DNA of 64,000 nucleotides, taken from Octopus sinensis. Taxonomy: Eukaryota. The translations under genes were made by a program, and so were the position numbers. A model generated the notes under the pieces. The model did not search any database and was not told the DNA's origin. It was given only the letters and a program-made list of their open reading frames with translations. Below, piece after piece: positions 34,041-44,139 of this stretch (positions are counted from its first letter, which is position 1; the number at the start of each line of letters is the position of its first letter). The DNA lies in the NCBI RefSeq assembly GCF_006345805.1, contig NW_021834150.1:10968-74967 (forward strand). The letters run 5' to 3'.

Positions 34041-34419
34041 TAGTTAATATTTTTACGCAAATTCTTCTGATTGCGCTGTCAATTGGTGGTAAATTGTGTT
34101 AATGATTGTGCTAATGTGGTTTTAACTATCAAAGTGTTTTTCAAAATCTGTTAATTGCACACTCTATTCAAGGTCGTGCAATCTGTAATTGCACATTCTG
34201 TCAAAGTCAAATATGATAATAGCTTTAATTTTGATTCATGGTCGATAATGATATATGCATTTAATTTTAAAGAGAAAATCATAGGATGAATTGAATTTCT
34301 TTATCGCGAATAATTGGGAGTTCATCATTGTTAATATTCTCGCTGTCGTTTTCATCAAGGATATTCTTAATACGTGAGATTTTTGCCTCGAAGGTTTTAA
34401 TAGGCCTCATCATGAATGT

Positions 34420-35480
34420 CGAGGACATTAACGTTGTTCATTTTAATCAAATGCAGAAAATAATTTTTTGATTTTTTGGCGGGAAGGTTTTAAGGACCTC
34501 ATCATGTAAGTCGAGGACATCGTAGTTGTTCATTTTAACCAAAATGCAGAAAATTTTTTTTTAATTTTTTTTGGGGGGGAAGGTTTTAAGGACCTCATCA
34601 TGTAAGTCGAGGACATCGTAGTTGTTCATTTTAACCAAAATGCAGAAAACTTTTTTTTAATTTTTTTTGGGGGGGAAGGTTTTAAGGACCTCATCATGTA
34701 AGTCGAGGACATCGTAGTTGTTCATTTTAACCAAAATGCAGAAATTTTTTTTTAATTTTTTTTGGGGGGGAAGGTTTTAAGGACTTCATCATGTAAGTCG
34801 AGGACATTGTAGTTGTTCATTTTAACCAAAATGCAGAAAATTTTTTTTAATTTTTTTTGGGGGGGAAGGTTTTAAGGACTTCATCATGTAAGTCGAGGAC
34901 ATTGTAGTTGTTCATTTTAACCAAAATGCAGAAATTTTTTTTTAATTTTTTTTGGGGGGGAAGGTTTTAAGGATTTCATCATGTAAGTCGAGGACATTGT
35001 AGTTGTTCATTTTACCAAAATGCAGAAAATTTTTTTTAATTTTTTTTGGGGGGGAAGGTTTTAAGGACTTCATCATGTAAGTCGAGGACATTGTAGTTGT
35101 TCATTTTAACCAAAATGCAGAAAATTTTTTTTTAATTTTTTTTGGGGGGGAAGGTTTTAAGGACTTCATCATGTAAGTCGAGGACATTGTAGTTGTTCAT
35201 TTTAACCAAAATGCAGAAAATTTTTTTTTAATTTTTTTGGGGGGGAAGGTTTTAAGGATTTCATCATGTAAGTCGAGGACATTGTAGTTGTTCATTTTAA
35301 CCAAAATGCAGAAAATTTTTTTTTAATTTTTTTTGGGGGGGGGAAGGTTTTAAGGACTTCATCATGTAAGTCGAGGACATTGTAGTTGTTCATTTTAACC
35401 AAAATGCAGAAAATTTTTTTTTAATTTTTTTGGGGGGGAAGGTTTTAAGGACCTCATCATGTAAGTCGAGGACATCGTAT
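34420..35480 (-). repeat. About 65-bp tandem array inside H1 (about 16 units)
   Basis: Reverse complement of the H2 array unit. Confidence 0.95.
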
Positions 35481-35506
35481 TGCCAATTTGAAGTTGGTGT
35501 GCACAC

Positions 35507-35537
<31 letters not shown>

Positions 35538-35622
35538 CACACCATACCATTTTATTATTAAGATTTGACTGACAGCGTTCATCACAAAAATGGAAATAGC
35601 AGTTTTAATAATTTCTCTATCA

Positions 35623-36050
35623 CAGTGGTCGGCAGGATTTTTGTCTTCGCGAGCCAAAATTTTATTTTTGTATGCGACCCAGACCAATTGAGAAAAAATC
35701 TTTATCGGTCGCAAAAATAACAATATACGAGAATCCTCAAACAATTTTTTACATTATTCATTTTGGAGAATAACTCTTCACAAAAAATGTCCTTCCAAAT
35801 ATACAAGCCATTTTCTTAGCATTGTCTGTTAATTTTAGATATTTTTCAAAACATAAAAAATTTTTGTAGAAGCTCAATATATCTAATTCAGAAAAATATT
35901 TTGATTTAAGTGAAGTGTTGCATTGAATTTCAAGTAATTCCATTTGATAACAACCTGGTACTGTCTCAATTTCTACATCAACTGGGATTGAAAGAATGTT
36001 GAAAAGATTTTTATGAACCTAAAAAATTATATATAAGTATTGTAATATTA
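35623..36050 (-). mobile_element. hAT (SPIN-like) 3' relic
   Basis: MELLEIQCNTSLKSKY..AKKMACIFG and a CAGTGGTCGGCAG-type terminus at 35623. Confidence 0.7.
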
Positions 36051-36115
36051 AATCCATAAAACGTGATGAAAATTCTTATCTCAATTCCATCACTATATTT
36101 GCATATTCCGGAACA

Positions 36116-36633
36116 TCAGTCGGTTTCGTAGAAAGAAAATTCTGACGGAGGGGTGTATATGTTGTCAATAGTGGTCTTTCCAAATTTAGTATTCAAGATA
36201 ATTCCAGATATTTCTGATACGCCGTCCTGAATTGTTGTCTTGAGGTAATCCGTAGAGTCCGTATAGTGCAAAACGTTTTTGATAATGAACAGATGGCCCT
36301 CGCCAAGTCGGTTTAGCCGGTCCAAGCGGATACAGTTATATCCCGACAATGAGTGAGTACAAGAGGGAGGTTTTAATCTGGTTTCTTGCAAGGCAGCTAC
36401 ATCGATGTTGTGCTTTTTAAAGGTATGTCCGTAATTCAAGAACTTTTCCTTCTATTTCATTGATGTTCAGTTGGAGTATGGTTAGATGGGGTCCTGGATT
36501 CTTCTCAACATCGCCCGAAAGCAGAATGCTCAAGCCTTTTGTCCATTGGGGGCTGAGGATTGTCGTCTGGAAAATTCCAGCTGGGAAGAGTAAATGGTCC
36601 TTTTTTCGAATGCTTTAGGAGCATTCTGTGCGC
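36116..36633 (-). mobile_element. 5' part of an APE-type non-LTR retrotransposon with a 2A-like peptide
   Basis: ILLSGDVEKNPGP directly followed by LTILQLNINEIEGK..(frameshift)KKHNIDVAALQETRL..NIYTPP. Confidence 0.85.
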
Positions 36634-36641
36634 CTCCAGAA

Positions 36642-37734
36642 CAGTGTTCCCTCTAAGCTGCGCGCGTGCGCGGCCGCGCAGCAGTTTGCACCTTGCTGCG
36701 CAGCGAAATTTTTTTCTGCGCAGTAGAAAGTATAATATTAAAAATTGCTATTTTTTTAATTTTTTATATGAATTTATATATTCTTATTTTCATTTCAAAA
36801 CGAAAACGTGTCTATAATATTGATATGAGACTTAAGAAAAATTCTCCTTCTTTTAAGCCGGAATGGTTGATAGAGTACGTCGAAACCTTAACACCAGATT
36901 CAAAAATTCCCCAACATGTGCAACTGGGTGATATTTTTAGTTTTTCCGAAGACTGCGGAGTTGTTTGTAAAATATGTGGCGACGCTAAAGCGACTTGTGA
37001 TTTTGCGAGTGGAAAAACCTGGGATATATGGAAATTGGATTATCTGAAGAGACATATTACCCATAAAATTCATTCAGATTCAATAATAAAATTAAGATGA
37101 ATTCGAGCAGGAACTGGAATCAGCTGCTTGCTCACAGAGTCTAAGGATGACCGACAGATGAGATTCAAAATGAGTGATCGTGCACGAAGTAAAATTGAAA
37201 AAGTGAAAATTCTCATTGACAATGTTAGTCCCACTCATAAAACTGCAGTCGGAATATACAGATCTCAAGTTTATTTTAAAAGAAAAACTGCACTCTGGTG
37301 CTTTGAAAACATTTGAAGATGTAATTTACTATATACTAGCGGAGAAAAAATTTTCAGCCACTGCAACATTTGTGGATATTTGTGGCACATTTCAAGCGTC
37401 GAGTGCTGATGCTGAACGTGGATTTAGTTTGATGAACTGTATCAAAACTAAACTACGTAATAGACTTGAGATTGACCATTTGGAGATGATCATGCGAATC
37501 AAGTTCTATTTAACAAGTGGGAATACAGTGGATCTTGATCGAGTATACAAATTTTGAATACAAAATAAAAACAGAAGAGAATATCCAATTGACTAGACCT
37601 ATTTTTTTAACCATTGGTTTTTTAATTGTAAAATTTCCCCCCCCCCAAAAATTTTTTGCACACGTCACTTTATAACGCTGCACAATGCAATGTGCCCAGC
37701 GCGCATAGCTACCACTCGCTTAGAGGGAACACTG
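36642..37734 (+). mobile_element. hAT (ZNF862-like) internal-deletion derivative
   Basis: Perfect 16-bp TIR CAGTGTTCCCTCTAAG and TSD CTCCAGAA/CTCCAGAG. FKPEWL..CKIC..YLKRH N-terminus and ASSADAERGFSLMN..RNRL C-terminus. Confidence 0.9.
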
Positions 37735-38410
37735 CTCCAGAGTTGTAACAATAGGTGAACCGCATGACGCAAAAATTAATCATTATGTGAAGAAAAATAA
37801 AAAATGAAGAAAATTAAAAGCAGGAGTAAAATACATGTTTTGTAAAAACAACGCTTTCTTGTCAACATTAAATTAGGATGCAGTTTACCTATTTGTTTAC
37901 TATTAGCTTCATTAAGTTTTAAAGTATTAAATAATATTAAAAATAATCTTTTTTGTTGCTTAACAGTTGAAAACTCGATTTTTTGTTAAAAACACAAAAA
38001 TATGGGATTTATTTTTCTTTATTTTCGTTTATACTTTTCAAAATGAATATTAAATTTGTGAAGATTTGGTACTAGAGATACGCTCTTGTTTTGTTTTTCG
38101 GGAGCATTAGCATAAGATGACATGAAATTTTAATAAATGATTTTTTCACAGTTTTAGAAATTTATTGTCACTAGTTTTTTAGTGGACTAGGTTTTTACGA
38201 ACCAGGTACGTATATTAAAATAAAAAATAGATAAAAAGTAAAGATTTCGAGGAGGACAATTAACGATATTTCGAAGATGCGTGAAAGGATTTTCGCACAA
38301 TATAAAAGCGTCAATTCTTTTACAAAAACTTTAAAACAGCTGAAATATCCGGAACTATATGAAAAGCTCGTCGAGTGGATAGATCTTATGGAATCGAAAG
38401 GTATTTTTAA

Positions 38411-40474
38411 CAGGGTTGTTAGATTTAAATCATTTGATTTTAATCAACAATAAAAATCAATGATTTAAATCATTAAAAAAAATCAAAAAAATCATTTAAA
38501 TTTTTTTAAATGTCTGGAAGAAAGCGTGATTCTTTGTGGGCTTATTTTGATAAACGTATTATTCCTGGAAAGACCGGAAGTCGTGCCAGATGTCGTAATT
38601 GTGGGAAGGACATACAAGGTCTTGTATCTCGGATGAGGCAGCATCATTTATTATGTCGAAGTAATATTGATATCCCTGAAAATATGCCGAGACCTGAAAG
38701 CGAATTTCCTCCAAGGATGAAGGACCATTCATTAATCAATTTCGTAACTACGACGACTTCATCTAAGAAAGATTTGATGGATCTGCAACTCGCTAGATAC
38801 ATATTTTCTACAAACACTCCGTTTGCTGCTGTAGAACATCCCGAATTTGTCAAATTCGTCCAAATGCTTCTTCCTGGGTATCGTTTACCCTCTCGTCATC
38901 AAATTGGTGGTACATTACTTGATCATGTGTACGACCAAATACATGAAGACTGTCGACAAAGACTCCAGGACAAAACAGTGTCTATGATGTTGGACGGGTG
39001 GAGCAACATTCATAATGAACCCGTTATTTGTGTCTCGGTTGTGACATCAGATGGGGAAAATTATCTCATTGACACTGTGGACACTTCTGGATATAGCCAC
39101 ACTGCGGAATATCTTCAATCTGTTGCTTTAGCCTCCGCACAATTGGCTGAACAACGGTTTGGATGTAAAATCGGCAGTCTTGTAACGGATAATGCTGCCA
39201 ACATGACTAAAATGAGACGGATAATGATGGAAGATGGCAATGAAATAATTACTTATGGTTGCTCGGCACATTATCTCAACCTTCTTGTGAAGGATGTCGA
39301 GGTAGCGGACGTTAAAGGAACTATTGTAACAATCAATAAATATTTCCGAAACGTCCATCTTCCAGCTGCATGGTACAAATCTAATGGAGGAAAAAAACTC
39401 GTTCTTCCGATTGATGTACGGTGGAACACTTTATCAGACTGTTTTCAATCTTATCTGGATAATTGGTCTATTATTTTGAGAACTTGTGAGGAACACAGAA
39501 CGGATATTGATACAGAGATTTTTTCCAAGGTCCAAAATATTTCCCTAAAACGACGCGTTGAAGAATATCTGATGCTTATTAAACCAATTGCTGTCGCTTT
39601 AGATAAAATTCAGAATGATTCTACCACGATTAGTCAGGCTGTAGAAATTTGGAAAGAACTTGAACAGACATATATTGACAATGGATGTACGAATATTTTA
39701 GGAAAAGTGAGAATTCGAGCAAAACAAGCATTAACACCTTTCCACTTACTTGCGAATTTGATCGACCCGACATGTAGTGGGAAATCTCTTTCAAATGTTG
39801 AGATTGACATTGCATTGAGTTATTGTGCTCAAAATTATGAATATGCACTTCCGACTCTGATTAATTTCAGAGCAAAAGCTGATCCATTTAAACAATACAT
39901 GTTTGCTCCGAATTTATTGAGTAAAGTATCACCTATAGCTTGGTGGGAGTCGAATTCATACCAGTTACCTTCACAAGTAATTTCACTATGCAAAAAAATT
40001 CTTGGAGCAGTTGCTTCGACAGGTGGAATAGAAAGAATCTTTTCAACATTCGGATTTCTACATTCAAATGTACGCAATAGGCTGGGGATCGAAAAAGCAG
40101 CCAAACTTGTTTCCATTTACAAGCTTTTAAATAAATAAAAACGATTTCCATTGTTTTTGTTTTTTATTTTAGTTCGCTTTGAAATATTTTTTTATTATTA
40201 ACCCGAAGACCATAAAGAAAGAAAGCGTAATGCAAACTAGTTAAGTGATCCCGGTGGACATAAGGAACTACGATAGATCGTTCTGCGTGGCCGTTTTTCA
40301 GTGTTTATGTACAAAGAGAGAGGTTCTCTGATAAGCCAGGTGGAAAGGGTCGTTTTGAAATAAAGATCATTTAATTCAAAAAAATCTGATTTAAATCAAA
40401 AAAATCGTGATTAAATCAAAAAAATCAGATTTTTTTGATTTTTTTGAAAAAAATCATGATTTTTAACAACCCTG
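38411..40474 (+). mobile_element. hAT transposon, apparently complete and autonomous
   Basis: TIR CAGGGTTGTTA, AAATCA-type subterminal repeats, and a perfect 8-bp TSD ATTTTTAA (38403-10, 40475-82). Confidence 0.95.
38510..40138 (+). CDS. hAT transposase, 542 aa (BED finger, DDE, dimerisation domain)
   Basis: W..F..CRNC..H..C BED finger, LDGWS, TDNAANM, CSAH, RWNT, GGIERIFS..RNRL. No stops and no introns. Confidence 0.93.
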   Translation: MSGRKRDSLWAYFDKRIIPGKTGSRARCRNCGKDIQGLVSRMRQHHLLCRSNIDIPENMPRPESEFPPRMKDHSLINFVTTTTSSKKDLMDLQLARYIFSTNTPFAAVEHPEFVKFVQMLLPGYRLPSRHQIGGTLLDHVYDQIHEDCRQRLQDKTVSMMLDGWSNIHNEPVICVSVVTSDGENYLIDTVDTSGYSHTAEYLQSVALASAQLAEQRFGCKIGSLVTDNAANMTKMRRIMMEDGNEIITYGCSAHYLNLLVKDVEVADVKGTIVTINKYFRNVHLPAAWYKSNGGKKLVLPIDVRWNTLSDCFQSYLDNWSIILRTCEEHRTDIDTEIFSKVQNISLKRRVEEYLMLIKPIAVALDKIQNDSTTISQAVEIWKELEQTYIDNGCTNILGKVRIRAKQALTPFHLLANLIDPTCSGKSLSNVEIDIALSYCAQNYEYALPTLINFRAKADPFKQYMFAPNLLSKVSPIAWWESNSYQLPSQVISLCKKILGAVASTGGIERIFSTFGFLHSNVRNRLGIEKAAKLVSIYKLLNK

Positions 40475-40714
40475 ATTTTTAATATTTTAGAGTTTTAAGG
40501 TGCATTACTAAATGATGTCTTAATACCCAGCAAGACCGAAATTTTTGCTCTAGATCTTTCTCTCGATAATTTTAAGAACTCTGCCGGATTCTTGTTCAAG
40601 TTTAAAAAAGACATGAATTCCGTCTGAGAAAATTGCATGGGCAGATGAAAACTGATAAAAAAGTTGACATCGAAGGATTTTTAAATGAATTTCAAAATCT
40701 ATCCAAGTCCTATA

Positions 40715-40975
40715 CTCCCGCTTTAAGACGGCATGTCGCCCTCACAGCGGAACCTGTCTAAATGCCACTCCACTGCCAAGGATTGGGAACCTTCTGGACA
40801 GCGAGTCCGTACGGACTGGAATTTGTTTACGTCTCGGTCTTCGCCTATGCGAGCCACATGTCTGCCGCTGTGGCGCGAAAATCTGTCGCTTTGGACTGCA
40901 CGCTTTATCGTGTAGACGCAGTGCTGGCCGCATCCAGCTGCTCTTAACGACCTTATTAGGAGAGCCCTGGAAGTG
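40715..40975 (+). mobile_element. CRE-like zinc-knuckle fragment
   Basis: SGTCLNATP..GNLLD..LRLG..CRCG..HALSCRRSAGR..NDLIRRAL. Confidence 0.8.
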
Positions 40976-41029
40976 GAAATGAATAAATCAATTTAAAAAA
41001 CTTGACGAATTAACTTTTAATGGTTTTCG

Positions 41030-41500
41030 TCGATTGGGGGAAAATTCCTTTTCTATTTCGGGTACATTAATCAAAACCATCGCGAAAAAAATATCGACAA
41101 ATTAAATTATTGAACATCTTTTAAGGCCTCAAACGTTTGGTTAGACCGAATTAAGGAGAGACATGATATGGTTTTTAAAACCATTTGTTTAAAGTATATT
41201 ACACAAACTTCCTAATAGACTTTATGTTTAATTTGAAAGAAAATATAACAATTAATCCTAAATCTTTGAAAAATATAGATATGCGACAGATTATGGTACT
41301 TGTTAGAAAAGCGTGGATGGAGGTTAAAGAAACAACGATAATTGTTGAAAGAAAATTGAGGAAAATAGAGAAGAATTAATTGAAAATAAAAATTGCGGAG
41401 AAGTCCTGGAAGATATAATAACTGAAGTAATATCTGAAGAAAACGAAGATCTAGTAAAAGTCGCGAATTTTATAATGGAATTGGCACAGAAGACAGAACC
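41030..41500 (+). pseudogene. Second pogo/Tigger transposase relic
   Basis: ISGTLIKTIAK..FKASNVWLDRIKERH and VLVRKAWMEVKETTI. Confidence 0.65.
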
Positions 41501-42288
41501 ATATTAGAAAGGTATGAAATGGTTAATATGATGGAAGATAAAAGTATTATCTCCATGTCAACATTTTGGAAGATGGGTTAAAATGGATTTAATTATCAAG
41601 ATTACAAGCATCCATATCTTACTACAATGAACTACAACTATAACAATAAAATACTAAAGAATCAAAATAGTGTGTGGATAGAAATAATTTTAATTGAAAA
41701 ACCCATATTAATAGAGATTAATTAATTGATAAAGTGAAAACAAATTTGCTTGTAAAAGAAATTTTATCCAAGATATTTTACAGCAGTCAATTTAATTAAT
41801 CTTCAAACAAATAAAAAACCAAAAATATTGTAAAAATAAAACATTGATAGCAAGAAACGATCAAATAAAAAATAAAAACAGAAATGCACAACACAAGATA
41901 AAAATATGACGTGAATAACACGTGAATAATTTATTTTATTTAATTCGATAATTAAAATAATTAGAAAATAAATTAAATAACATTTAATATCGTCAGTCTA
42001 TTTGAGCAAACAAAGTGAATTCAACCGGTTAACATTAATGAGACGTCCAGTGTACGAGCATACCAACTCCTTTTTTGACGATAAGGCCAATCAAAATGTC
42101 AAAAATTATGTCACCTGTTTTCTGATCAAAGTCAGGACAATTATTCTTTGGACCAGTCAATAAAAATTGATTTAAACTTTTCTAATTTATCGGAGATAAA
42201 CAAACTATATTGAACTTTGTAATTGACAAATTGAATTATGCAGATGACATTTGAAGTTTGTTATTGTCAAATTGACTTGAAAATGGTA
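41500..42288. mobile_element. Relic of an element related to the IS630-like family (one terminus)
   Basis: Ends ..GACTTGAAAATGGTA|TAG like the 23332 family. Contains the shared AT-rich cassette at about 41712-41900. Confidence 0.5.
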
Positions 42289-42549
42289 TAGTTTTCTCAG
42301 CTTTCCAAGATTTAAGCGATTATTAAATTTCAGTTTTGGGAACATTGTTAAAAAAATATTATGTTAAAAATCACCCAAGGACTCAAAATTTTAATCTGGA
42401 AGATAATGAAATTATTAATGCATCTTTAAAAAATTCATCGGTTTTTTCATAATAGGCATTATGCATCTTTTGAAATCTTCAGCATAATGCTTTTTCAGTC
42501 ATTAAAAAAGTCCATATTTACCCGCTATAATTTGCAATGGTTAAAGTTG

Positions 42550-42900
42550 CAACTTCTAAAAACTCCGAAGTCTTACTTATAATCAATTCCGATAATGGAA
42601 AAAAGTTTAAGAACTCAAAATAGTTAAGTTTTGTGGTTGAGTTATGTGCATCTCTCAAACCCCGTAAAGTACGTTTGTAATATGGTTTTATCTTGCTCAT
42701 CTTACTGTAAAACTAACGAAACTGAGAACCGAATCAGAAATGTGTTAAAAATCTCAGTGCCTTTACAGAAAACAACTTTACAGAAGTTGAAAAAAAGGAG
42801 AGAAATTTATTTAAAAAATTTCATTTTAAAAAATAGTAAAACATTCTAATGTCATTTTATACGAGTACAGTTAGAATGAAATACGACAAATTATATTAGG
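42550..42900 (+). pseudogene. Highly decayed rve/Ginger-like integrase relic
   Basis: LIINSDNGKKFKN resembles LQTDNGKEFKN. Little other support. Confidence 0.4.
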
Positions 42901-43369
42901 GAGTTTTACAGTGCAAAATTAAGGGGCTGGCTTTATGATTTGCAGCTTTCCTTTTTTTACCTGAAAACAATTGAAATTCTGTTTTTCCCTTCTGTTTTTC
43001 TATTTTTACCATTTTTCTAAGTTCATCAAAATACAGGTTATTTCGATCAGAAAAAATACGTGCTGATAATTAACAATCGCTCTAAATCTCTAAATTTAAA
43101 AGAAAAAATGCTATTATTGAATACTGCAAAAAACAAACATGTAAAACATACTACAGTTTCCAAAATATTTTCCTTGCTAGTCAAAAAGAAAATCAACCGT
43201 CGATTTATTAAAAATCATCTTAATAATAAAGCAGAACTAAAAAAGCTTTTGCTTTAAATGGAAATTTGAATTTTATATCACCAAATATGAAATTCAAAAC
43301 TATTGACTCTAAGTTAAAGGAATTAGTCGATATGATTGAAGCTTTAATAATGACGCAATCTTCAAGGAA

Positions 43370-43890
43370 AAACCAAACTATTAACTACCTCCTATTTATG
43401 GACGATATAAAGCTGTTTTTGCATCATAATGACGTAATGGAAATGATGATAGGAGAAGTAAAATTGTTTTATGACCCAGCTGGGTTGGAAAAAAAACGCT
43501 GAAAAATCTGCGACGAATGTCAAGTCTTTGTCTATGAAAGCTTGCTTACTTGATGGGTTGGATGGAAACCGATATCTGGGGGTTCTCAAAGATAAAAATA
43601 GCAACGTTCTAAAAAATAATGTTATGGAAAAAATCTATGAAGAAGCATGGAAGAGAATTAAATACTTGATCCAAACTGAATTAAACTCAGTAAACTTGTC
43701 CAAGAATATAAACGAACACGCACTTTCCCTTTATAACTATTACATTAAACCGATTGATATTAAGTCCGGAGAGTTTGAGCACATTGATAAAAATATCTGT
43801 CGAATTCTTATAAACTGCCATATCCACTTGAAACCGGCAAACAAAAAAAGACTATCTTCCAAGAAAGGAATTTGGGAGAGGCCGAAAGTC
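43370..43890 (+). mobile_element. R4-like RT fragment
   Basis: NYLLFMDDIKLF, NAEKSATN, RYLG, NEHALSLYNYY, HLKPANK. Confidence 0.85.
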
Positions 43891-44139
43891 AGTTAATAAT
43901 AAAGCAGAGAGTATGCTTCTTCAATTTTATAGTGATTTGAAATATAAGGAGATCCACTGCGTAAGAAGAGCAAGAATTCTGTCATTGATCTAAAGAAAAC
44001 ACATATGGCGAGAATTTTTATCACGAGAATACAATAAAAATGTAAATGAACTAACAATATCTGACATGATGAAAATTCAACGTGAATATTATTATTATTA
44101 GACGCACTTTTCGCGATGCCATGGATCATGACAAAGCTT

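Larger units (their letters stand above)
30978..35563 (-). mobile_element. Non-autonomous Helitron H1 (interrupted by H2)
   Basis: 5' TCTTAATAATAAAATGG plus (GTCT)n at 35563. 3' GC-rich hairpin region plus CTAG at 30978. RepHel C-terminal ORF 31090-31521 ([32 protein letters not shown]). A/T insertion site. Confidence 0.92.
38230..40720 (+). pseudogene. pogo/Tigger transposase (CENP-B HTH) split by a hAT insertion
   Basis: ISRRTINDI..KYPELYEKLVEWIDLMESKG before the insertion and ALLNDVLI..FKNSAGFLFKFK..RKLHG after it. Confidence 0.75.
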
